A DNA stretch of 64,000 nt. It comes from an uncultured Actinomycetes bacterium (lineage in GTDB: Bacteria; Actinomycetota; UBA4738; HRBIN12). The notes beneath the pieces are model-generated. The model made no database searches. It had not been told where the DNA came from and saw only the letters and a list, made by a program, of their open reading frames with translations. The stretch lies in the NCBI GenBank assembly GCA_964640085.1, contig CAZXFA010000006.1, forward strand, positions 51,866 through 115,865. Reading direction: 5' to 3'. The number at the start of each line of letters is the position of its first letter. Position 1 is the first letter of the stretch. Positions 1-8,065 of this stretch are shown here, one piece after another. Both the position numbers and the translations under genes were made by a program.

Positions 1-741
1 ACAGAACCTGGTCCTGCTTGGCCTCCTCCTTCAGCTTCCAAAGGGTCTCCAGGGAGTCCCAGTTCCTGTCCGCTGCCGAGTTCTGCAGGCGCCCCAGGAG
101 CACCTCATCGACCTCGCCCCGGACCTCCTGCATCAGCGCCCGAAGGTTCAGCGTCGATGACAGCTGCGCGAAGTTGAGCATCCAGTGGATCTTCCAATGG
201 CGATCGTGGACGTCGATCGCGTCCTCCAGGATGGTCGCCCACTCCATGAGCGGGATCTCTTCCCACCGGTCGATCTTCGACTCGAGGTAGTCGAGGTTCC
301 GCCGCATCTCGGGGACCAGGCGGTTGTTCCACCAGTCGGCGAAGTTCAGCCCGTAGGTGGGCAGCACCGCGTTCAGATAATCGCCGATCTTGGACGCGTA
401 GTCCGGGTCGTCTTTCGGGACGCGCGGGGTGTAGAGGTTGCCATATTCCATGGCCTCCACCCGGAAGCTCGGATCAGCGGGGACCGCCGCCGTGTACAGG
501 TACCCGTTGACGTTCTTGGCGATCCAGTCCGACGCGAATGGCGTGCCGAACCTGCGGAACATATGGTCGCAGGTGAGCCACCATCCGCCGATGTCGAAGT
601 ACATCGGGGACAGCGGCTGGGGGCAGTGGAGGTCGTCATAGACCCAGAACAGGCTCTCCTCCGCCTCCGACTCCCACTGCACCGGGAACTCGTCGTCCCC
701 AAGGAACTGCTTGATGACGGTGTCCTCGGTCACGGGGTCCC
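1..741 (-). CDS. Conserved hypothetical protein; the start codon is inside the window and the 3' end runs off the window edge
   Basis: Reverse-strand frame begins GTG at 739-741, preceded by GGAGGGAGGG. Translation VTEDTVIKQFLGDDEFPVQWESEAEESLFWVYDDLHCPQPLSPMYFDIGGWW... is protein-like with no stop to position 1. The listed + ORF 185..871 is low-complexity antisense. Confidence 0.5.
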
Positions 742-961
742 TCCCTCCTCTCACCGGTCGGCCTCTCCCGCCGGCGGCCGGGGCGGCCGACCCATCCTCC
801 AGCCGGCCGACAGGTACCTTCCTCCCGGAGCGTGGCTCCTGGCGCCCGGTTGCGCGCCCCATCGTCGATAATCGATGATATGGAGTCGTGTGGGCTCCCG
901 TCAAGAAGCGACTCAAGGGAGCGACCATTCCGCCGGTCTGCGGGCCCAAGGGGATGACCGC

Positions 962-1993
962 GTGCGTCACGGAGAGGTGGACGAGGGTGGCGCGGAGCCC
1001 GGCGCCGCTCCGGTCATCGACGCCTCCACCCGGCTGGCCATGTACTCCGACATGTGGCGGGGCCGGGTCTTCGAGAAGCGCGCCTACGACCTGTTCCTCC
1101 GCGGCCTCGTGAAGGGCACGACGCACCTCGGTACCGGCCAGGAAGCGGTCGCGGCCGGGTTCGCGAACGCCATGCGACACGATGACATGACGTTCTGCAC
1201 CTACCGGGGGCACAACCATGCCCTCCTGCGCGGTGCCTCGATGGTGTCGCTGATGGGCGAGCTGTTGGGGCGGGCGGTCGGGTGCTGCGGCGGTAAGGGT
1301 GGCTCGATGCACCTCACCGACGTGGAGCACCACGCGATGGGCTCCTACGCGATCGTCGGCGCACACCTCCCGGTCGCGGCGGGGGCGGCCTGGGCCGCGC
1401 TCGCGCGAGGGACCGGCCAGGTCGTCGTTTGCTTCTTCGGCGAGGGGACCACCAACATCGGTGCCTTCCACGAGTCGCTCAACCTCGCAACCGTCTGGCA
1501 CCTGCCGGTCGTATACGTGTGCGAGAACAACCTTTACATGGAGTACACGCCGATCGCCGCTGTGACGGCGGTTGAGAACCCGGCCGCCGATCGAGCCGCC
1601 GCCTACGGCCTCGAGGGAGCCATCGTGGACGGCAACGACGCGGAGGCCGTGTACCTGGTCGCGCGGGAGGCGCTCGACCGGGCCCGGTCGGGCGCCGGGC
1701 CGTCGCTGATCGAAGCCAAGACCTACCGACACGGCGGCCATTCCCGTGCCGATCCGGGTACCTATCGGCCGGAGGGGGAGGTCAAGGCGTGGCTGGCGCG
1801 GGATCCGCTCCCCGCCTACCGGCGGCGGCTCGAGGAGCTGGGCTTCGAGCCCCCCGAGCTGGACGGCATCGAGGCCGCAGCCCGCGCCGAGATCGACGTC
1901 GCGACCGAGCAGGCCCAGGCATCGCCGCCCCCCGGCGAGGACTCCCTCCTGACCGACCTGTGGGCGGATGGAGGTTCCGCATGGAGGAACTGA
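962..1993 (+). CDS. pdhA: TPP-dependent 2-oxoacid (pyruvate/acetoin/branched-chain) dehydrogenase E1 component alpha subunit
   Basis: TPP-binding signature GEGTTNIGAFHESLNLA and the YRGHN motif are present. The ORF runs from 875; an in-frame GTG at 962 has AAGGGGA 7 nt upstream and is the likelier start. Confidence 0.8.
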   Translation: MRHGEVDEGGAEPGAAPVIDASTRLAMYSDMWRGRVFEKRAYDLFLRGLVKGTTHLGTGQEAVAAGFANAMRHDDMTFCTYRGHNHALLRGASMVSLMGELLGRAVGCCGGKGGSMHLTDVEHHAMGSYAIVGAHLPVAAGAAWAALARGTGQVVVCFFGEGTTNIGAFHESLNLATVWHLPVVYVCENNLYMEYTPIAAVTAVENPAADRAAAYGLEGAIVDGNDAEAVYLVAREALDRARSGAGPSLIEAKTYRHGGHSRADPGTYRPEGEVKAWLARDPLPAYRRRLEELGFEPPELDGIEAAARAEIDVATEQAQASPPPGEDSLLTDLWADGGSAWRN

Positions 1994-2127
1994 GCCACCG
2001 GGAAGGCGCCGCTCGAGGCCTCGCCCGGAGATTGGCCGCGACGACGTGGCGATCCCGTCGGTGGAGCGGACCGTCGGCGCCATCTCCAGCTCGATGGCGT
2101 AACGGCATGTACCCGACGGCGGACCAC

Positions 2128-2157
2128 TTGACTCGATCCGATGGGCCACCGTATCCT
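2128..2157 (+). promoter_or_regulatory. Putative sigma-70-like promoter upstream of the liv operon
   Basis: TTGACT (2128-2133), 17-18 nt spacer, GTATCCT/TATCCT. It sits in a locally lower-GC stretch about 240 nt upstream of livH. Confidence 0.3.
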
Positions 2158-2396
2158 CGGGAATCATCGACAATCGAGAATCGAAGACACCCGTTCCTCC
2201 GGACGAGTGACGTGGCTGGACCCGACGGCCGGATCCGCCGTCCCACGAGCGCCGCAGCGCCGGGTGAGGGGTCTGGTCCGATGGTGGATGATCGGGACGC
2301 GAGGGGGGGGTCACGTTTCCGGGGGCCCGGTGCACGTGACCGCGTGCGATCCCGGAGACGACCCGCGGTCGACGACCCGAGCGAGGCGGGACCCTG

Positions 2397-3269
2397 ATGG
2401 ACCTGTTCACCGACGCCCTCGTCATCGGGCTGACCGAGCACGCTCCGCTCGTCCTGGCGGCGATGGGCTTCGCGCTGCTCTACCGGTTGACCGGTCTGAT
2501 CAACGTGGCGTACTCGGAGACGGTCACGCTCGGCGCCTACCTGGGGATGTGGGTGAACACGACCTTCGGGTTGAACTTCTATCTCAGCCTGCTCCCCGCG
2601 GGCTTGCTCGCCGGCCTGATCAGCCTCGCCACGTACTTCGCCATCTTCCGCCCGGCCAGGCAGCGGAACGTCGGAGCCCTCGAGATGATCATCATGTCGT
2701 TCGGGCTCTCGATCCTCCTGCGGTACGGGCTCCAGTTCGTCTTCGGGTACGCGGTCCGCTTCTACGACGTACCGCCCCCCGACACCATCCGCGTGCTCGG
2801 CGTCGGCGTGGCCTCCTTTCGGCTCCTCGCCGTGGCGAGCGTCGCGATCCTCGCCCTCCTGATCTACTGGTTCGTCCAGCGATCCACGTACGGGCTGCAG
2901 ATCCGTGCGCTGGCCAGCGACGAGAACCTCGCGAAGGTGAGCGGGATCCGGCCGCTGGCGGTAACCTCGATGATCTGGTTCCTCGCCGGGGTCGCCGGGG
3001 GGTTGGCGGGCGCGTTCTACGGGGTCGGATCGTCCGTCCGGCCCTGGCTGGGATGGGAGGAGTTCCTCTTCATCCTGCTGGTGGTGCTGGTCGGCGGGAG
3101 GAGGAACATCCGGGGCGTCATCATCGCCGGGGTCGCGACCGGCGTCGCGCTGGCGGCCCTCACCCTCCAGTTCGGACAGGCGCTGTACTCGAGGTTGGCC
3201 CTGATCGTCGCCTTCATGGTCGTCCTGAAGGTGCGCGGGAACCGGTACGCGGAAGCGGGGAAGGTGTAG
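2397..3269 (+). CDS. livH: Branched-chain amino acid ABC transporter permease
   Basis: 290 aa multi-TM protein with typical LivH architecture. It is the first gene of a five-gene ABC cassette. Confidence 0.85.
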   Translation: MDLFTDALVIGLTEHAPLVLAAMGFALLYRLTGLINVAYSETVTLGAYLGMWVNTTFGLNFYLSLLPAGLLAGLISLATYFAIFRPARQRNVGALEMIIMSFGLSILLRYGLQFVFGYAVRFYDVPPPDTIRVLGVGVASFRLLAVASVAILALLIYWFVQRSTYGLQIRALASDENLAKVSGIRPLAVTSMIWFLAGVAGGLAGAFYGVGSSVRPWLGWEEFLFILLVVLVGGRRNIRGVIIAGVATGVALAALTLQFGQALYSRLALIVAFMVVLKVRGNRYAEAGKV

Positions 3270-3272
3270 GGC

Positions 3273-4223
3273 GTGATCCTCGACTGGCTCTCGGCGTTCC
3301 TGATCTTCGGGCTGTTCTTCGTGGTGATGATGATCGGCCTCGCGCTTCTCCTCCACCTCCAGATGGGCCTGGCCGGGATCGGGAACTTCGGCGTCGTGGG
3401 CTTCTGGGGGCTCGGGATGTACGCGTTCGGCGTGCTCTGGGTCCGGGTGGACTGGCCGTTCGCCGAGCCCTGGCCGTTCCTCATCTCGCTGGTCTTCGGC
3501 ACCGTCGTCGCCGGGCTGGCCGGCCTGCTGATCGGATGGTTGATCGCCGACCTGGACACCGACGGCGTCCTCGGCGGAACGCTGGGCTTCGCCACGATCG
3601 TCTTGATCCTCGCGACGACCGAGAAGGGGCTGACCGGCGGCGCGTACGGCATGGGCGGGCTCGAGTTCCCCTTCGACGTCGGGACCGTGAAGACCAACGA
3701 GTTGGTGTGGTTGGGCATCATCGTCGTGCTCGTCGGAGCGATCCTCTACTACGTCGCCCGGGTCCACCGATCGCCGTACGGGCGGTTGCTGATCGCCGTG
3801 GGGGCCAACGAGCCGCTGGCCGACAGCCTGGGCAAGCCGACCTTCGCCACCAAGCTGTGGCTGTTCGTCGTGGGCTCGGCGGGCATGGGGCTGCTCGGCG
3901 CCCTGTATGGCGTGATGGTGCACTTCCTCTCGCCCCTGAAGATCGGGATCGAGATCACCCTGGCGGCCATGGTCGGCCTGGTGCTGGGAGGCCGGGCCCG
4001 GGTCTGGGGGGCGGTGATCGGCGTGGCCCTCACTGTGGGCCTCTTCGACATCGTGGTCCAGCTCTACCTCCCGCTTCCCGAGCGATACAGCGCGCAGGCC
4101 CTACCCGTGCTCCGGGAGGTCCTGTTCGGGGCGACCCTGATGGCCGTGCTCCTGTTCCGACCGCTCGGCGTCCTCGGGCGGATGCGGCGGGACAAGCTCA
4201 TCCGGAGGCAGCACGGTGGGTGA
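3273..4223 (+). CDS. livM: Branched-chain amino acid ABC transporter permease
   Basis: 316 aa polytopic membrane protein lying 3 nt after livH. Confidence 0.85.
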   Translation: MILDWLSAFLIFGLFFVVMMIGLALLLHLQMGLAGIGNFGVVGFWGLGMYAFGVLWVRVDWPFAEPWPFLISLVFGTVVAGLAGLLIGWLIADLDTDGVLGGTLGFATIVLILATTEKGLTGGAYGMGGLEFPFDVGTVKTNELVWLGIIVVLVGAILYYVARVHRSPYGRLLIAVGANEPLADSLGKPTFATKLWLFVVGSAGMGLLGALYGVMVHFLSPLKIGIEITLAAMVGLVLGGRARVWGAVIGVALTVGLFDIVVQLYLPLPERYSAQALPVLREVLFGATLMAVLLFRPLGVLGRMRRDKLIRRQHGG

Positions 4224-5055
4224 CCGTCAGGCCACCGTGGCGCCGATGACCTCCCCCGGCGGGGAGACCGCGGGGAGCCGGCCGACGATCCGCATCGAGT
4301 CGGCGGTGAAAAGCTTCGGTGGACGGGTAGTGGTGGACGTCGACGACCTGACGCTCGGCCAGCATCCGATCGAGGGCTTGATCGGCCCCAACGGCGCGGG
4401 CAAGACGACGCTGCTTCGGATGATCATGCGCTCGGTCAAGCTCGACCGAGGGACGATCACATTGTTCGACCCGGACGTGCCCCGCGATGAGGGCACGGTC
4501 CTGTCGAGCCGGTCCCCCCACGCGATCGCGCGGCTCGGGGTGGTCAAGACGAACCAGGTGATCCAGGACTTCGAGGGGCTCACGGTGTGGGACTCGCTGC
4601 TGCTGTCGGTGGCGGAGCGGACCGACGAGCGCCCGTACCAGATCCACCGTGAGGACGGGCTCTACGAGGAGCACGCGCAGGAGATCCACCGGTACCTGGA
4701 GCGATTCCCGTTCGAGGACCCGTACGGGTTCGCCAACTCGGCGGGAGAGAAGAAGCTCCTGGACATCCTCCGATCCCTGCTCCTGCGGCCGAAGGTCCTC
4801 CTCCTGGATGAGCCCGCCGCCGGCCTGCCGAAGGAGGTCCGGAACCGCGTGATGGCGCTGGTCAGGGAGAAAGTGACCACGGAGAACATCTCGGTGGTGA
4901 TCGTGGAGCACGACCTGAACGTGATCTGGGACATGAGCGACTACGTGCACTTCATGGCCGAGGGTCAGGTGATCCTTCAGGGCGGGCCGGCGTGGATCCG
5001 GGAGCACGAGACGGTGGTGGACAAGTACCTGGGTAGTGGCCATGTTGGAGGCTAG
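4216..5055 (+). CDS. livG: Branched-chain amino acid ABC transporter ATP-binding protein
   Basis: Walker A GPNGAGKTT, ABC signature, Walker B LLLDEPAAG. The start overlaps the livM stop. Confidence 0.85.
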   Translation: MGDRQATVAPMTSPGGETAGSRPTIRIESAVKSFGGRVVVDVDDLTLGQHPIEGLIGPNGAGKTTLLRMIMRSVKLDRGTITLFDPDVPRDEGTVLSSRSPHAIARLGVVKTNQVIQDFEGLTVWDSLLLSVAERTDERPYQIHREDGLYEEHAQEIHRYLERFPFEDPYGFANSAGEKKLLDILRSLLLRPKVLLLDEPAAGLPKEVRNRVMALVREKVTTENISVVIVEHDLNVIWDMSDYVHFMAEGQVILQGGPAWIREHETVVDKYLGSGHVGG

Positions 5056-5734
5056 GCGCATCACCAGCGGCTACGACGGGGTCGCGGTCATCAAGGGACT
5101 CGACCTCAGCATCGAGCACGAGGTCTTCGCGGTCCTGGGGGCCAACGGCGCCGGGAAGACGACCCTGCTGGCCACGCTCGCCCGGTTGATCCCGCTGACC
5201 GGGGGGCGGCTGTGGTTCGAAGGGGAGGACGTCTCGCAACTTCCTCCCTGGGAGACGGCGGCCCGCGGCCTCGGGTACGTACCGCAGGAGCAGGGCATAT
5301 TCCCCGACCTGACCGTGCTCGAGAACCTCCACGTGGGCGCGATGATCGGGCGCCGCTCGCGGGACGAGCGGATCGAGGAAGTCTTCGCGCTGTTCCCCGA
5401 CATCGGGCAGCTGCGCCACCAGCTCGCGGGGACGCTGAGCGGCGGCGAGTCGCGGATGCTGGCGACAGGGCGGGCGCTGATGCAGGACCCGAAGCTGCTG
5501 CTGCTGGACGAGCCCACGGCGGGCCTGTCCCCCATGTATGTGGACCACCTCTTCGAGAGGATCAGGGACATCCGCGAGGAGAAGGGGGTGGCCATCGTCC
5601 TCGCGGAGCAGAACGCGACCAAGGCGCTCGAGGTCGCCGACCGGGTCATGGTGCTCACCCTCGGAGAGGCCTCCGGGATCCTCGACGCCTCGGCGGTGAC
5701 CACCGACTCGCTCAGGGAGGGCTATGGGATCTAG
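5036..5734 (+). CDS. livF: Branched-chain amino acid ABC transporter ATP-binding protein
   Basis: Walker A GANGAGKTT, LSGGE signature, LLLLDEPTAG. Confidence 0.85.
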   Translation: MAMLEARRITSGYDGVAVIKGLDLSIEHEVFAVLGANGAGKTTLLATLARLIPLTGGRLWFEGEDVSQLPPWETAARGLGYVPQEQGIFPDLTVLENLHVGAMIGRRSRDERIEEVFALFPDIGQLRHQLAGTLSGGESRMLATGRALMQDPKLLLLDEPTAGLSPMYVDHLFERIRDIREEKGVAIVLAEQNATKALEVADRVMVLTLGEASGILDASAVTTDSLREGYGI

Positions 5735-5781
5735 ACGCGGATGATGCTGGCGCGGCGTAGTAGGGAGGAGGGGGAAGGCAG

Positions 5782-7125
5782 ATGCGAACACACATCCGAT
5801 GGGTGGGGAAGGTGCCGGCGGTCCTGCTGGCGTTGACCCTGGTGGCGGCGGCGTGCGGGACCGAGGACGAGGGGCCCGGCGCCACCGGAGGAACGGCGCC
5901 CCCGGCGGAGGAGGGGCCGGTCAAGGTGGGCGAGCTCGCCTACTACACCGGCCCGTTCGCGCCCTACGGGCCGTCCCTCACGGCGGACGTCAAGTTCCCG
6001 GTCCTCGAGGTGATCAACGAGGACCCGCCGCTCGGGCGTCCCTGGGAGACGTACCACGAGGACATCGGGACGGTTGGTGAGGGGCAGGCGGCCCGGAAGC
6101 TCGTCGAGCAGATCGGCGTCGACATCCTGGTGAGCCCGGCTCACGAGTACCGCACCTACCGGGACTTCATCCTCGAGATCGTCTCCGAGCAGGACCGGCC
6201 GCTGATGCCGAGCGTCCACGGCGGGACGATCCCCAAGAACGTCGGCGGGACCCCCGAGGAGCCGATCTTCCGGGCCCAGGGTCTCGACGAGGGGTTGGGG
6301 ACGTTCGGCGTGCTGTACGCCGAGGAGATCGGGGTCCAGTCGATCGTCGTCTTCGCCACCCAGGTGGAGGGCTTCCAGCTCGCGGCGGACGCCGCGGAGG
6401 CGGCCGCCGATGCGGTCGGGATCGAGGTGCTGGATCGTCTCAACGCCCAGGCCGAGCAGGCCTCCTACCGGACCGAGGCCGAGAGGATCGCGGACCTCCA
6501 ACCGGATGCGGTCATCGTGCAGGCTGGGTCGGTCGAGTCGGCCACCCTGATCAGGCAGGCGTCGGAGGCCGGCCTGTCGCTCAACTGGATCGGCGAGACC
6601 GGGTGGATCCAGCCGGAGTTCATCGGCACGCTGACGGCAGAGCCGATCTCCGGCCAGAAGGGCATCGGCTACGCGGCGTTCTCGCCCCACACGGACACCC
6701 CGGCCTGGGAGTTCTACCAGCCGCTGTGGGACGACAACCCCGAGTACAACCAGTACGGACCGGCGACCGACCAATACCACTTCTCGACCTACGACATCCT
6801 GATCATCACCGCGCTGGCGGTCGAGGAGGGCGGCTCGTACAACGCGAGCGACTGGGCGCCGGCGATGTTCCGGGTCACCGACCCGCCCGGGACCGTCTGC
6901 TACACCTACCCCGACTGCCTCGAGCTGATCAGGGCAGGTGAGGACATCGACTACGAGGGCGTGACCGGCCCCGGCACGTTCACCTCGGGCGGGGTCAACG
7001 CCGTGACCCCGAGCGTGACGCTGTTCAACGACGACGGCTCGGTCGGCGAGACGATCCTCGTCGACGCCAACCGTGCGCTCGAGATCATCGAGCAGATCGC
7101 GGTCGAGGCGGGTCCCGATTGGTAA
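5782..7125 (+). CDS. ABC transporter substrate-binding lipoprotein, Leu/Ile/Val-binding family
   Basis: Signal peptide with lipobox LTLVAAAC. A 447 aa periplasmic-binding-protein-like sequence completes the cassette. Confidence 0.8.
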   Translation: MRTHIRWVGKVPAVLLALTLVAAACGTEDEGPGATGGTAPPAEEGPVKVGELAYYTGPFAPYGPSLTADVKFPVLEVINEDPPLGRPWETYHEDIGTVGEGQAARKLVEQIGVDILVSPAHEYRTYRDFILEIVSEQDRPLMPSVHGGTIPKNVGGTPEEPIFRAQGLDEGLGTFGVLYAEEIGVQSIVVFATQVEGFQLAADAAEAAADAVGIEVLDRLNAQAEQASYRTEAERIADLQPDAVIVQAGSVESATLIRQASEAGLSLNWIGETGWIQPEFIGTLTAEPISGQKGIGYAAFSPHTDTPAWEFYQPLWDDNPEYNQYGPATDQYHFSTYDILIITALAVEEGGSYNASDWAPAMFRVTDPPGTVCYTYPDCLELIRAGEDIDYEGVTGPGTFTSGGVNAVTPSVTLFNDDGSVGETILVDANRALEIIEQIAVEAGPDW

Positions 7126-7161
7126 GGGTCCCGCGCGGAACGCAACACGTCGACGGAACGA

Positions 7162-7195
7162 GGAGGCGGCGGCGGGGGGTCCCGCTGCCGCCTCC
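7162..7195 (+). terminator. Putative hairpin terminator after the liv operon (no U-tract)
   Basis: Perfect 9-bp inverted repeat GGAGGCGGC...GCCGCCTCC with a 15-nt loop, 37 nt after the stop. Confidence 0.25.
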
Positions 7196-7256
7196 CTGTC
7201 GGCAGACGGGCCCGAAGGCGCACGCGTCCAGTGCGCCGCGATGTGTGGAGTGAGCC

Positions 7257-8063
7257 ATGTTCCCCGGATCCACCGCCCGCTCCGGGAGCATCGTGCTGTC
7301 GGGCGCCCCCAACTTCCGGGATCTGGGCGGGTACCGCACGGAGGATGGCCGGGTCGTTCGCCGTGGCCGGGTCTTCCGATCGGGCCACTTCGCCGAGTTG
7401 ACCGACCCCGACGTGGCGACGCTGGAGGACCTCGGGATCCGCGCCGTGATCGACCTCCGCCTCGAGTTCGAGGTCGGGATTTTCGGGCGCGACCGCCTGC
7501 CGTCTGGGGCGAGCTACCTCTCCCTGCCGATCACCGCCGGCGAGATGGACGCGGCGGCTCACGAGGCTCTCAGGGAGGGCCACCTCACGGCGCTCCCGGA
7601 TCTCGTCGACGCCAACCGCAGCTTCATCCGCGAGAACACGCACGAGCTCGGCGTGCTGCTCGGGATGCTGGCCGATCCCGCCATGCTTCCGCTGGTCTTC
7701 CATTGCATCGGTGGCAAGGACCGCAGCGGGATCGTGGCCGCGGTCGTCCTGTCGGTGCTCGGTGTGCCCTGGGAGACGGTCCGGGAGGATTACCTGCTAA
7801 CCAACGATAGGTACCGCGATCGGATCGAGGAGCAGCTCGCCGCCCTGGCCAGGAACGCACGGGACACGGGCGGCCGGCGCCTGGATGCGGGGGAGCTCGC
7901 GGCGGCCCGCCGGTTCTTCCTCCTCCATCCGAACTACATCGATGCGGCCCGTGACGAGATGATCGCGGTGTCCGGCTCGATCGGGGGCTACGTCCGTGAC
8001 GCGTTGGGCATCCCGAACGAGATCACCGCACGGCTACGCGACTCGCTCCTCGAGGCCCCATAG
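7257..8063 (+). CDS. Protein tyrosine/serine phosphatase (Tyr_Pase_3-like)
   Basis: CX5R P-loop HCIGGKDRSG and the N-terminal NFRDLGG motif. Confidence 0.8.
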   Translation: MFPGSTARSGSIVLSGAPNFRDLGGYRTEDGRVVRRGRVFRSGHFAELTDPDVATLEDLGIRAVIDLRLEFEVGIFGRDRLPSGASYLSLPITAGEMDAAAHEALREGHLTALPDLVDANRSFIRENTHELGVLLGMLADPAMLPLVFHCIGGKDRSGIVAAVVLSVLGVPWETVREDYLLTNDRYRDRIEEQLAALARNARDTGGRRLDAGELAAARRFFLLHPNYIDAARDEMIAVSGSIGGYVRDALGIPNEITARLRDSLLEAP

Positions 8064-8065
8064 CC

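Noticed and set aside
1782-4249. Very long ORFs (713 aa minus strand, 702 aa plus strand) overlapping the livH/livM region
   Set aside because: Their translations are Arg/Pro/Gly/Asp-rich low-complexity sequence, typical of antisense or off-frame reading in 70% GC DNA. The livH/livM frames give clean polytopic membrane proteins.
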